Shown: piece by piece, positions 26,001-36,743 of the stretch
Layout of the letters: the number at the start of each line of letters is the position of its first letter
How positions within the stretch are numbered: position 1 is the stretch's first letter
DNA from: Eutreptiella sp. 'Long Island Sound 2002'
Lineage: Eukaryota > Protista > Euglenida
Assembly (NCBI GenBank): GCA_964036045.1
Contig: OZ038378.1
Coordinates: forward strand, 15,128,001 to 15,192,000
DNA length: 64,000 nucleotides
Direction: 5' to 3'
Translations under genes and position numbers: made by a program
The notes under the pieces: model-generated
What the model saw: the letters and a program-made list of their open reading frames with translations, nothing else
Told to the model about the DNA's origin: nothing
Databases searched by the model: none

Positions 26001-26533
26001 GGTTTGTTTCAGGTTTGGGGGGCATTTTTGAATTCCCCCATTTCATTCTGAGCATTTGAAGACACACAAGTCGGGGGGTTTACGGTCCACCACAAATGGG
26101 GGGGAAACTGGGGGGGGACTGGGGGAACATGGGGAAAACAATTCTGCGCCTCGGTCCACAAAGGCCGAAACAGCTTTCCAGGTGTGGGGCCCAAGTCGGT
26201 TGTTGCCCATTGGTCACCGCTGGTGTGGATTGGGGGGTCCCTGAGGGGGGAGAGTCCGTCGCGACACGTAACACCCCCCCCCCCCCCCCTCTGGCCGCCG
26301 CATGGAGGCCTCGCTGATGAGCACTGTGTGGAAACCTGCTTCTTGTCCTTGTGGCGCGTGAAGTTGCGCTGTACAGACCCGATGTCCACCACCAAGTTCT
26401 GCCACTTCATCAACTTGATGTCGTTCTCGCTGTACTCCTGCTGCGAGTAGGGGCGTGCCCGCCATCGCGCGCTGGGCAGCCAGCGCTGTGCGACACACTG
26501 CAGGCACCTGCGGGGCATGCCGCTGCCGTTCAT
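15426..26533 (-). CDS. TraB/GumN(TIKI)-like protein, 294 aa, 4 exons, probable mitochondrial presequence
   Basis: Exons 26336-26533, 23418-23579, 20856-21172 and 15426-15633 total 885 nt; all introns are GT-AG and phase-consistent. Junctions read KDKKQ|VVVIPMKHVASQPFYDSV, QLEE|DREIG and VALCW|GFHHTSGIELRLLNAGF. Motifs IPMxH, VLVEG, NARED and WGxxH. The N-terminus is Arg-rich (MPRRCLQCVAQRWLPSARWRAR). Acceptor ttgttctcag lies 4 nt before the ATG. Confidence 0.8.
15950..19345 (-). mobile_element. Decayed, 3'-truncated Penelope-like reverse-transcriptase element in intron 3 of the TraB-like gene
   Basis: Successive frameshifted segments: LYVIGKAK...WRPIAALP (RPI motif), YLAELDCKDQLNHAPP (RT motif A-like) and LQHNSYVQSAGSIRRRKGCIPMGGSFSAQFADL (motif B, ~16120-16200). 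Ends before the catalytic YxDD-type motif. About 2.6 kb of broken coding sequence upstream, bounded by (CA)n at about 19346-19372. Confidence 0.6.
21290..21375 (+). repeat. (GGGTGT)n hexamer repeat
   Basis: gtgtgggtgtgggtgtgggtgtgggtgtggg... read directly from the sequence. Confidence 0.9.
22677..22974. mobile_element. hAT-type MITE (~298 bp) with 8-bp target-site duplication
   Basis: Starts CAGGGTTTACCACT and ends AGTGGGAAACCCC. GTACAAAA is duplicated exactly at 22669-22676 and 22975-22982. The GAAATATT(C) motif repeats internally. Confidence 0.8.
23870..24282 (+). pseudogene. Frameshifted gene fragment antisense within intron 1 of the TraB-like gene
   Basis: Reads CGNDYIPFTAFHLLYPSDVAKK, then a 1-nt shift in an A7 run, then KVIDEIHQKADKHFQEAPKALAEAGDEGNAEEAAEATERRSKKATSAIKLLKTMK, with clearly coding-like codon usage. 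Confidence 0.5.
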
Positions 26534-27410
26534 TGAGCTGAGAACAACAGAAGCACGAATAGGGCTGCTCCCACACACAATGAGGGCACCGCCCGTACAG
26601 GGCAAGGGTATGGGCCAGGGCATGGGCATGGGCCGCTTCGGTGTGGCGCATCCCGTAAAAACAACCTTTGGGCTACATAGTGCCATGTAGCGCGGAGTGT
26701 TCAAGCCATTTCCGGGGAATTGAGCATGTGCTGGAAGTACGGGACGGTTGACCGCCACCACCTGCGGCACCGGGACAGGGCGAGTGCGTGATGCCCAGCA
26801 CCGGGAACGGTTGGCCCCGCACCGGGACCAACGGGGCATGGTCCCGAACATAAAGGCAGCCCATCACAGCACCAGCGGACAAATCCTCAGCGCGCTGGTT
26901 CCAGAAATTCCATTTTCATTTTGTTTTCCCGGGGCCTGGGTGTTGGTCCTGGTAGGATTTCGGGGGCCCCGTGAATTGACTTCTTGGGGTGGGGTGGGTG
27001 GGGGGGGGGGTCCGGCTAAGGGGCTCCATTGACCACCCCCACCGCACTTAAAAAACCCAGGCCACCCAGGAGAGCCATGACCAATTTTAAGGCTCCATCT
27101 GCCCCAAGATCTCTTCCCTTCCAAGGAGCCTGGCGCACGCCCCCCCATGCACTGCCAAACCGCCGAAGCCGCTACCCCCTCACCATGAACGCCATGAACA
27201 TGACACAGCTCAAGGCCGGGAACAGTGTCAGAGCGCTGCGGACGATCTGGAGCATGTGAAGGGTCCAGAGCCACCCCGGGAACAGCCGGGACAGTTGGGC
27301 CGCACGTCCGCACTGCGTGGCACAGCGCCATACCAGGATGTGGGCGGCAAGGTCCTGCAGCAGATCAAGCACCAGCCCTGCGATGAGGAACTGCAGGGAG
27401 AGGAGGCCTT
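24536..27410 (-). pseudogene. Set of orphan AG/GT-bounded exons from an unrelated gene, interleaved with the 5' end of the TraB-like gene
   Basis: Exons 27184-27410 (hydrophobic: GLLSLQFLIAGLVLDLLQDLAAHILVW...CVMFMAFM), 25543-25643 (PNVKRASIMNIKDPHSAAEVAMQLEG), 25396-25478 (IKEEHLEKLLQIACPNNDMQHQWKKAR) and 24536-24601 (KTDKLGDKTDNLTEAQQEYNTE). They join in phase except for one extra base at the 25543 junction. Confidence 0.5.
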
Positions 27411-27649
27411 CTGGGGACAGGGTAGGCCTATGTGTCTCCTCTGTCCCCTGCTCGCATCGTGGCGGCGGGGGTCTCTCACCTCACTACTTACATACACGGG
27501 GTGGATGTGATGCCTATGGCAAAAATGAGACTCATCCTCATCAGAGCTCTCAGAGTCATAGAGGTTGTGAGACGGTGGCCGCTTGCCTCCACTAGTGAGC
27601 CCCCCCCCCCCACCCAGAGAGGCCCCTGCCCAGCGCACTGCTACCAAGT

Positions 27650-28900
27650 AAGCTTTTTGTGTTTCTTTGAGTTTACATAGTACCCCTGGGTTTGCCTCTT
27701 GGTCAAGGGTGATGACCCGCTGGACGTCCGCACCAGGTGGCGCGCGGTCCGAGGCCTCGTTCCTTGGCTTCCTTGGGGGCAGTGCGAACTCGGTGCGTGT
27801 TCATGGGACTCGATGCCAGCCAGTGCTGTGATGAGGGACAACAGTTCTTTGTCGTATCTCTCTAGGGTACTCAGCGATATGCACAATAATGCATGATACA
27901 AATATCTAGGGATGAGAAGGGCGTTGATGACTAATGTTTGTTCATAGGCGTTCCATGGGAGCATGCCGTAGGCAGCGATGTCGTGCAGTAATTGTTGTTG
28001 TGTGATGTCTGCGGCGGCTATGCTTTTAGCGGGATGAGTGGCCTAGGTACTGGAACACTGGTGGTCCACAGTGCATGGTTTCCTCTCCCCAGCGTATCGG
28101 TTCAGTGGTGAGCCCCCTATCTCGATGGTATAGTTCTGTTTTATCCTACTTAAAGCGTTGGCAACCCTTTCCATTTCTTCCAAGGCATGTTCCATTTTGT
28201 GGCCGGTACTGATGCGCACTAAGATGTCGGCCATGTACACAGATAGATCTATTGCAGGGAGTTATTGTTGCAGCTCGCGGATGAGCACATCATAGTATAG
28301 AATGAACAGGTGCGGGACAAGGGGTGTCCCTCTTTGATGCCTTTGGTTGTGCATATCCAGATCTTCTTGCCGTGTGGGTACTGTAAGCTATTGTGGCACT
28401 ATACATCTGCTATTGTGTGCATGACAAGTTGTGGTGCTCCCATGCCTCGAGCAAATACGTGAACATGGATCGGGGAACGGAGGGGAAGGCCTTTGGAACA
28501 TCCAACAACGCAACGAAGCCTCCTTTCTCATGCAGTGTGTCCCTCAGTCGGGAGGCCAGCTGGGTTGTTGTTTCCCCCTTGATCCCTCCGTGCTATTGCT
28601 GGGATATTTGTGCTGATGTGCGTGCGTGGTTGCGTGCCAACACCACAAGGAAGTAGGATGTTGCACGACCAAAGAATCGTAAGAGCAGGGGTCCCAGTGC
28701 AGTGGGCCTCCAGCGAACAAGAAGGGCCGAACAAATCAACGTAGCCATGCAAGAGGCACAGCACAGAGGAGAATTGCTGCAGATAGCGATCCACTTGCCC
28801 CCCCCCCCTTTCCCGTAAGCGGCTGCACGTGACGGTTCCTTTGCACCCCTGATTACTAGACAAGAGACAAGCGACACAAAACAAGAGAATGAACACGAAG
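27650..28900 (-). mobile_element. Degenerate non-LTR (LINE) reverse-transcriptase fragment
   Basis: RT motifs in order: DVPKAFPSVP (~28470; DxxKAFDSV), GIKEG-(shift)-PLVPHLFILYYDVLIREL (~28320), YMADILV (~28235; YADD-like), then LVINALLIPRYLYHAL. Multiple stops and frameshifts. Confidence 0.75.
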
Positions 28901-29249
28901 GCACGTGAACCACAAAGTGACCAGGAAGCTGCCTGCAGGTATGCATGTCAGGTCTACTGAGCAACTGGCTCGGTGTGCCACTTTTTCTAACGCAAGTATT
29001 TCACCTTAAAGAGCTGCACATGCTCAACAGGGGCCACAGGAATGGGCTCTCCAGTCTGAACCTTGGAAATTGACAACAACACCAGGTAAGTACGTGAGTT
29101 GGCAGTTTGTGTCACATGGTGGTGTGGCCTCACGAAGTGATGCATCGTCGTATGGTACTAAACGATGTGGAAGGCATTTGAGTCCCGGGACTAGCCACCT
29201 AGCCATCCACTGGGCGGGACAATATGCCTGCACCATGTGGGATAATGCA

Positions 29250-30741
29250 GGTTAGGGTTAGGGTTGGGGTCACCGAGCTGGTGGAACCCGTCTTGGTTTT
29301 ATAACCCTCTTTCGTGTCCAGGGTGGACATACCAGGTTTAGCAAGCAACAAGCAATAGCAGCATGCAGCAAGCAACAAGCGAGCAGGCGCGAAATGGGCA
29401 AAAATCACAACTCTGTTGTGGTACTTTGGATTTCGCTGAAATTTTGGTGGATGGTATATATGGGGATGAGGGACAATCACACAAATCTGTAGCAAGAAAC
29501 TCAAAGTGGCGGCCACGAACAGGGGTCGCAAGTGGCGGACCCAGGGTTCAAAATCTGTCAAAAATGGCCAAAAAGGCCCTTTTTTGGCCATTTTGGGGGG
29601 GCTAGAATGTCCATGGAGGGAACCATTTGTGTTGGAACCAACCTAGGTGGTGAACAAACACCTTTGATCAGCGCTTGATGGGCTTTGCCCTCGAGTAGTC
29701 GAGCCTACGACCTCTTTTAGAGCCCAAAATACTGCAAAATCATCCTTGAAAAGCACCCTTTTTGCAAACTTTTTCGAGTTCCACGTTCTTGTGATGTGCC
29801 AAACTGCCATGGATTGCGCTGGGCACCCTTGTGGTGATAAACAATCATGAAGAGGATCACTTGCAAGCCGCTTCCACACTATCAACACCCTTCGATGCCC
29901 CATTGGCACCACTAGCGTGCATAGTGTGCATGCTAGGGTAGGGTTACGGGGGGTCAGCGGTGGATATAGAAGGTGGTCAAAAATGATTTTTTTCAAAGTT
30001 GTTCCTAGACCACTTGGGTTGCTCATACAAGTGATTTAAGGCTATTTTACCCCACTTTTGACTTACACAGGCCCATGCAAGTTCCCAAAAACTCTTGAAA
30101 TGGGCAATTTAGGGGCTGACATTGTAGTATAGGGGGGTCCACGGGGAACGCGGGAATTCGGGTGCCTAGCATGCCCATGGAGGGGGCTATTTGCATTGGA
30201 ACCAACTTAGATGATGAACACACACATTTGACTGGTGTCTAGTGCGTTTTGCACCCAAGTAGTGGGCTCAACGACCATTTTTTGAACCCAAAATACTACA
30301 AAATTAGCGTTGAAAAGCACCTATTTTGCCTACTTCTTCAAATTCCACCTTCTTGCGATGTGTTTGACTGCAATGGATTGCATGGGGCACCTCTGCGGTG
30401 ATAAATTGTGATGACACTTGTAACCTATTTTCACGCTGTCAACACCATTTGAAGCCCCATTGGGAGCACGTCACATTGTAGTAAAGCAGGGCCCGGTGGG
30501 AATGCGGGGGGGAGGGGGGGTTGGACCGAAAAGAGGGCAAAAAAATTGTCGAAAACAAGGTGTCCAAAAATGACCCCAAATCATTTGGGATGCTCAAATC
30601 GTTGGTTTGTAGCCATTTTCAGCTACCTTTCAGCCATTTCCCCCCTTGCTGGGCCCATTTTTGTAGTGTACCCCATGTTCCCTCCCCACCAGCTCGGTCC
30701 CAATATTTAGTCTTGATAAGGGGTAGGGTTAGGGTTAGGGT
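29250..30741. repeat. ~1.5 kb segment bracketed by short TTAGGG tracts, containing a diverged ~310-bp direct repeat
   Basis: GTTAGGGTTAGGGTTGGGG at 29251-29269 and GGGTAGGGTTAGGGTTAGGG at 30721-30740. Segment ~29605-29925 aligns by eye with ~30167-30470 (e.g. ttggaaccaac(c/t)tag, cccaaaatact(g/a)caaaat, ttgaaaagcacc). Confidence 0.7.
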
Positions 30742-30807
30742 CACATGGTTCCTACTAACCAGCTTTTTTGGCCGTGCCCTAGGATGTTCGCACCCCTAGG
30801 GGGCTAG

Positions 30808-31917
30808 GAAACGGCGATCACATCCAAAAATGCCTACATCGTGGGTATGGTATGGGCCGTCACATTCGTGGTACTCTCCGCGCGCACCCTAGCTGCCTCC
30901 CTTGCCATGTGCCTGCCCATTGTTGTTGTAGCCTTCTTGGCGGTGTGTGCCTCCCTTGGCATGCCCCGTACGTTCTTGGGGATCGCTAGCACGCGGACCG
31001 CTGGCCCCCGCTTCATGCGGTGGTTCGCGGCGCCGCAGCCCTTGCCGTGTGAGACACCCCGCTTCCTATTGGTCACCCATCCCGTGGCGCACTATGCGGA
31101 AAGGCTGCGGTGGTGTCTAGACTTGGCGAGGGTGCCATACGCCGAGGCCAACGTGGCCGGGCTCCTGCCGGCGCTGCTTCGCGGGTGGACAGTGCCGCGG
31201 CTTGTGGAGCGGGCAGCCAACTCCATCACCGGGAACTCGGAGGAGGCGCGCATGTACGTGGCAGCGGTGCATGTCCTGATGGTTGCTGGGGAGCTGAGGG
31301 CATTCGCGGACTGGCTGCTTGAACGGACCCCGACGGCCATTGAGTGGGAGTTGAGGCTGGGCCGACTGGGGCACGCGATCCAGGGGTTTGTGTACTACTA
31401 CATGTTTGGCGCCGGGAGCGATGGGAAGCACCATGGGGCCCACCACCTCCGGCTTTGGGGCGTGGGGGAGCCTCGCGTGTTGTGGCTCCATCAGCGGCTC
31501 CTGAAGCTCTTCCACCCGCTCATTACATTGCTCATGCGCAAGGCCACCCTGTCACTCGATAACCACGAACTGGCCCGGACCAGGCGAACCGAGATCGAAG
31601 AGATTTTGGACGTAGCTGACACGGCGTTGGCCACTAGCACATGCCCACATCTTTTGGGCAGCCACATGTCTTACATTGACGTCACGTCCTGCTCGTTGGT
31701 TGGGTTGCTACTGGTGCCAACGGTGATGCTACAGCCCGCAGCGGAGTCGCACGGGAAGTGGGCCAACGGCCGGTTTGCCTCGTATGTGCGTGCCACCGAT
31801 GGGGAATTGGCGACGTTTCCGGTGCTGCTAGAGTTTGAGAAGGCCATTTTGAAGCGCCCCATGGGCCGGTATGTGCGGTACATGTATTCAAATTTCCGAT
31901 CGCCGCCACCACTGTAA
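30808..31917 (+). CDS. Intronless glutathione S-transferase-like ORF with hydrophobic N-terminus (terminal exon, retrocopy or young pseudogene)
   Basis: Open for ~369 codons after TAG at 30805-30807. N-domain-like VTHPVAHYAERLRWCLDLARVPY and C-domain-like HLLGSHMSYIDVTSCSL. The canonical SHYCEK-type motif is altered to AHYAER. First in-frame ATG at 30847. Confidence 0.65.
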   Translation, partial: ETAITSKNAYIVGMVWAVTFVVLSARTLAASLAMCLPIVVVAFLAVCASLGMPRTFLGIASTRTAGPRFMRWFAAPQPLPCETPRFLLVTHPVAHYAERLRWCLDLARVPYAEANVAGLLPALLRGWTVPRLVERAANSITGNSEEARMYVAAVHVLMVAGELRAFADWLLERTPTAIEWELRLGRLGHAIQGFVYYYMFGAGSDGKHHGAHHLRLWGVGEPRVLWLHQRLLKLFHPLITLLMRKATLSLDNHELARTRRTEIEEILDVADTALATSTCPHLLGSHMSYIDVTSCSLVGLLLVPTVMLQPAAESHGKWANGRFASYVRATDGELATFPVLLEFEKAILKRPMGRYVRYMYSNFRSPPPL

Positions 31918-34340
31918 CCCTGGCTCACCCCCCCACACACACACCTGTGAGGAAGAGCACTCGGGGAGGTGTCAGGCGCAACACGCAATGTGCCACAGCC
32001 ACAAGCCTCGGAGTACGCTGGTTCCTTACGTTCTTGGGATGGCTTTGTCAAACAAGTTCAGTCTTCCGGAGGCTCCGTCCACACTGCTTGTCTGCCAGCC
32101 GCGGATGTCTGCCAAGATGCTGCGCGACGCGACCACTGTTAGTCATTCGCTGCCATGGGGGCGGGGAACACTGTGCCCCCCTCCTCCCATTCCTCTGAAG
32201 GGAAGTGATATTGCTCACAGCCTTGCCGCCCCTCGGTATCAACTCCATTTGTCAGTGTTGTCCTCCATGACAATCCACACAGTCCGAGTCAGCCCTGACA
32301 ACAACTTGAAGGTCACATCTTGGCTCCCGTTTGTCAAGTACAAAACGGGATTCTACAAATCACGTTCATGATCCATTTCTCCGTGAATAGCGGTACTTTT
32401 GGGTACAACAACGCTGCGCAAATGTCCTACGCCACACAAAGCCACGCAACAAGCCTTATTACAAGAATGTGTGTGGCACAAGGGGCCATCTTCCTATCAA
32501 CAGACGGCTGGTACTTGTACGGATCCACAATCACTTTGTGTAATGCACAATTTCAACAATGTGCCCACACCAACATCTGTTGCTTGCACCATGTCAGCCC
32601 TTGGCCCTCTGCCCTTTTGCCGACTGCCCTCTGTTCTAGGACCTCTACCTAAAACACGCCCCCACCCTTCCTCAAAAGGAACCACTGCAGGGAGAGTCCT
32701 GTGAACGAAGAACAAATTTCCATCCCATTCCTGAAGCACCGGGATTGAGACTTCCCTTGGAGCTACATTCATCAGTACCGCCTAGGCCCAACACACCTGC
32801 TTCGATGACACCAGGGCATAGAGGCTGAGGATGTCAACACACATTCAAAGAACAGGATTTGATGTGACACTGCAACGTGTTGCTGTGAGCACACCCAGCC
32901 CCTCTTTCCCACTACAGCCGGTGGCACTGACGTACTTGCGTGAGTGACTGCTTTTCACGGGCCTTGTGGCACAAGCCATCCGATACCTCTTCTTATTCGC
33001 TCTCGGTCATGAGCAGGGGAAGCTGTGTGCTTGAAGGGAAGGGAGGTTGCGCTCCCCTTTGCAGGAGAAACTCACTTCAGCCCAATTTTGCGCCACCCGA
33101 AATTGCCCTCCAACCGCCTTTGCAAGCACCAGTATCCACTTGTCCAATTGCTCCTGAGACACCCCTTTGGCCTCCATCCACCTCAAGCACATCACTGGGG
33201 CATGGCGGGTTGAGGCATGACAGTAAAAAAGAACGCTAGTGCCTCACGCACTTATACAATTCAAAATGTAAAGAACCCTCCACAAAGGGCTGATGCTGAG
33301 CAATACCGCATGTGGGCTACTCCCTGTGCCTCGGGCCTGAATGTGCTGCCGTTGCTTTCCTTGGGATTTCTTGTTACATGCACTTCTGGGGAGATATGCT
33401 AGTGTGGCACTGGTGCCTTGTGTCAGATGTTTGGCAGGGGGTGATGGCAAGGGCATCAGGGGAAGCTGGTGCATACACCCGGTATGACCGGAAGCGCCCA
33501 TTTCAAGTCAGGCGCGTGCCATCGGAATGCAATAAAACCATGCACGGGACCCCGCTTGTCCGCTGCTTGCTTTTGCTACATTTGTTCCACAGAAAGGAGT
33601 TTGGGGGTCTTGCGGTTTGGCGGTCTCCATGGCCGCACGGGTGATGCACTTTGGTAACTGTTCTCTAGTGTGGATGCCCATCTCAGCCGGTACTTCAATG
33701 ATGACTCAAGACATCTTGGGCTTCTAAGGGCTCCCCTCCTTGTCCCTGGCCATTCGTTCCTTGCCTTTGGCACGTGTCACAATTTTTTATTCGGGCAGTG
33801 TACTTCCATGATGTTGGTTATCCATTTTGGCAACCATCACTGGCGAGCATTGTTTGTGCTCCTCATGTTGCTAGTCAACCAGATTCCATTTGAGCACCGG
33901 GAAACCGTTGCCTTGTATGATAGTGGTGACCCACGGGTAGCATATGCGGAACGCCGGCCTAAACACGGTTTCCATGCGGTAGGTGTGTAGGGATTCATCA
34001 TCTCGTCTCTGTGCTTTGTACCCGCCCCCTTTGTCTAGTAAGCAGGGGGGGGGGGGGCGTCACTTTCCATTTTCCAAATTTTCTGTTTAGAAGGTTGGAT
34101 ATTGAGGTTCTCCTGGGTGTAGGGCAAATTGCTTTTTTGTTTGTGGTCATGAGGAGTGTGCTCCACGTTGTTTCCACCATCTGCCGGCGATGAGTACAAA
34201 AACCACCCTTCGCGCCACGGCTCCATTGCTTTACCCGTGCCGGAGGTACCCAAAATGTCCGTGGGGGCTATATGCTTCACCTCCTCCGGTAGCAATGGCG
34301 GTTGTTGGGTGGTTCTTGCGTCTCCCCGCCTTTTTCTTTA

Positions 34341-34503
34341 AAAAAGGGTTTTTTTTCCCCATACGCGACTTACGCCAAAAAAAAAGTTTACGCGACTTAC
34401 ACCAAAAAACATAAATTTCTGTCGAAGAAAAAAACGCGACTTGCGCCAAAAAAGAAAGGTTACGCAACTTACGCAAAAAAAAATAAAAAAAGCGACTTAC
34501 ACT
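34341..34503 (+). repeat. Five copies of (T)ACGCGACTTACGC separated by A-tracts
   Basis: Copies near 34342, 34389, 34435, 34460 and 34491, each followed by runs of A. Confidence 0.85.
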
Positions 34504-36743
34504 TATTTCCGCAATGGAGCTACGCTTTCCTCTGTGTTTGCTGGTTGGACATAGCACTGTTGTTGGTGCATTCCTGTGAATTTCTTGCATGGATTGCACT
34601 GCAATGTACCCTGTACCCTGTACCCTGTATCATGCAGACCGCTTAATTTTTCGCAATTTCAACCATGAATGTCGATGATATTGACCTGGTGACCTCTGGG
34701 ATGGTACTTGCACCGCCCCTTTTGAGGTGACTGTCCGAAGTCCAAGTGTGACCAAATACACGGTCCGTGACCCAGCCCCAAAATTTCTCCATATTTTTGG
34801 GATCAGTGCACTGAGATAGTTTGACCGAAGCAATTTTGAAACCCACTATTCAACACTGACTTCGGGTGACCAGCAAAAATGTTGCACTTCAGCATCGTCT
34901 AAAATTGTTGCGTTGTAGACGTGCAATGAGAGCAAGGGGGTGAAATTCCGTCTCTGAGAAGCTGGGGGTCTCTCCACCCTTAAACATACCTCGACTAATA
35001 CAACTCATAATATTGGTCTCACCAGAAAGTACATTTTGCTGGTGAGCCTGCACTGCATGTGTACTACGTGCACGTACTGCAAGTGCCTTATTCATGACCA
35101 ACTCCTCTTTATCCGCTTTGAGAATGCCACTGTTTTGGATAGGATTTCATATTTCGTTTCCCAATAGATGATCGATGGTACCGTGATTCCCTTTGGCCAC
35201 TGCCTCAGAGAACGTTGTCCTACTGTGGACACGTTGAGTGCGTTGGTGAGTTCCACCAAGTATGGAGCACAGTGAGATATCTGTGCCCGTATTGATGTGG
35301 AATATCCTCCTCGTCGTACATGTCTGTGAGCTTTTCATGTAAAGGGGACATAATCGCGCTTTATCCCACAGCCCCGGCAAGAAATAAGAGACTGTGGCAA
35401 GAGTGGCAAATATCTCCCTTATGAGTCGCGATTGTTGCTGAACAACCTGCATGGGTTTCTGCCGTTTTTTAATTGTCATGTGGCCCCTCATTCCTGCTCC
35501 AGCACCCGCACACAGTGCATACGGTGTGCAGACCTGCCCTCTGCCAATCTACGTAATTGATCCGTACGACTGACGTGTTCTGCGTGATTCATGAGCAACA
35601 TTTGAGCGCTGCCTTGAGGACCACCAAAACGTCAAAAAGTATGGTTTCACAAATTGCGGACCAAATGTCATTTTACATTATTGTCGCTCCCTTGATACTG
35701 GTCCATTGGGAACATCAATCGAAATGCACGCGATCAGAGCACAGGGAGGCATTTGTATTTCTGCTGACAGACTTCGCGCGGGCAGTGGGCATAAAGGGCC
35801 CACAGCATTACCCACACAAAATTCCATAACCCGTCAACCCCTTTACGACAAGCTGCACACGACCCCAGCCAGGGTACTTGCCAAATGCTTGATTGCATCC
35901 ACCAATTCTCATGTGACTTCATGATAGCGTAAGGACTGCTGCCGCAGGTACGAATGACAGCAAAACCAACCCTATGAAACGCATTTTTATTCACCGGTGC
36001 ATGATCATCACGATAGCACCCAGAACTAGCACGTGCACCTTTTCTTGAAAAAGCGAGCCATACATGGTCGCCAGGTCAGATATGTGGGTTCCTGATCCCT
36101 CCACTCTCCATCACAGCTCCCCGTTGAACACCTTGTCAAACGAAAAATCCCTGCCTGAATGAAATGCCTGATAGACTACGGAAATATATATATATAATCT
36201 TGGTTCCTAGAAAAACTAAAACGTCGCCAAGGAATCTGACCTTGTTTATTCCACAGCTGAAGCATGGTGGAGATGCTGCTGGTGCTAGTGCATACACCCA
36301 TGCGACTGTGCATTGCTCATATGCCGACTGAATCGGTGCGCTTCTGTGCCAGTAGGCAAGTGTGTGGTCAGGACCCAAGGAGCAGCGGCATCACGACTGC
36401 ATAGACAGCATCACAGTGCCAAAACTGCATCAAAAGAATCACAACTGCGCAAGGGCAGCGCATCACTACTGAGGGCTTTCATGCTGTGACAGCCGACATT
36501 CCGTCCCCAAGGCATGCAGAACGGCACGACACGCACGAAGCGTATGATGCTATGCAGGACTCTGGTGTCCACAGACCGTTGGCGTATACAACGCATGTTG
36601 CTGAGGAGAACACCTTCCAACCTGTACTCACTGGGATGGTGCAGGGGTGATGCGGGTTCTCAATGTGACATGAAGTAAGGAGGCATTTGCATGCATGCAT
36701 GCATGCAGGCATATGCAAACAGGCATCTCATCTGCCCGCAAGA

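Noticed and set aside
26314-26352. Hammerhead-like CTGATGAG-CAC-TGT-GTG-GAAAC
   Set aside because: Stem II lacks the closing G-C pair, and stems I and III cannot form. It overlaps a splice donor and coding exon on the other strand.
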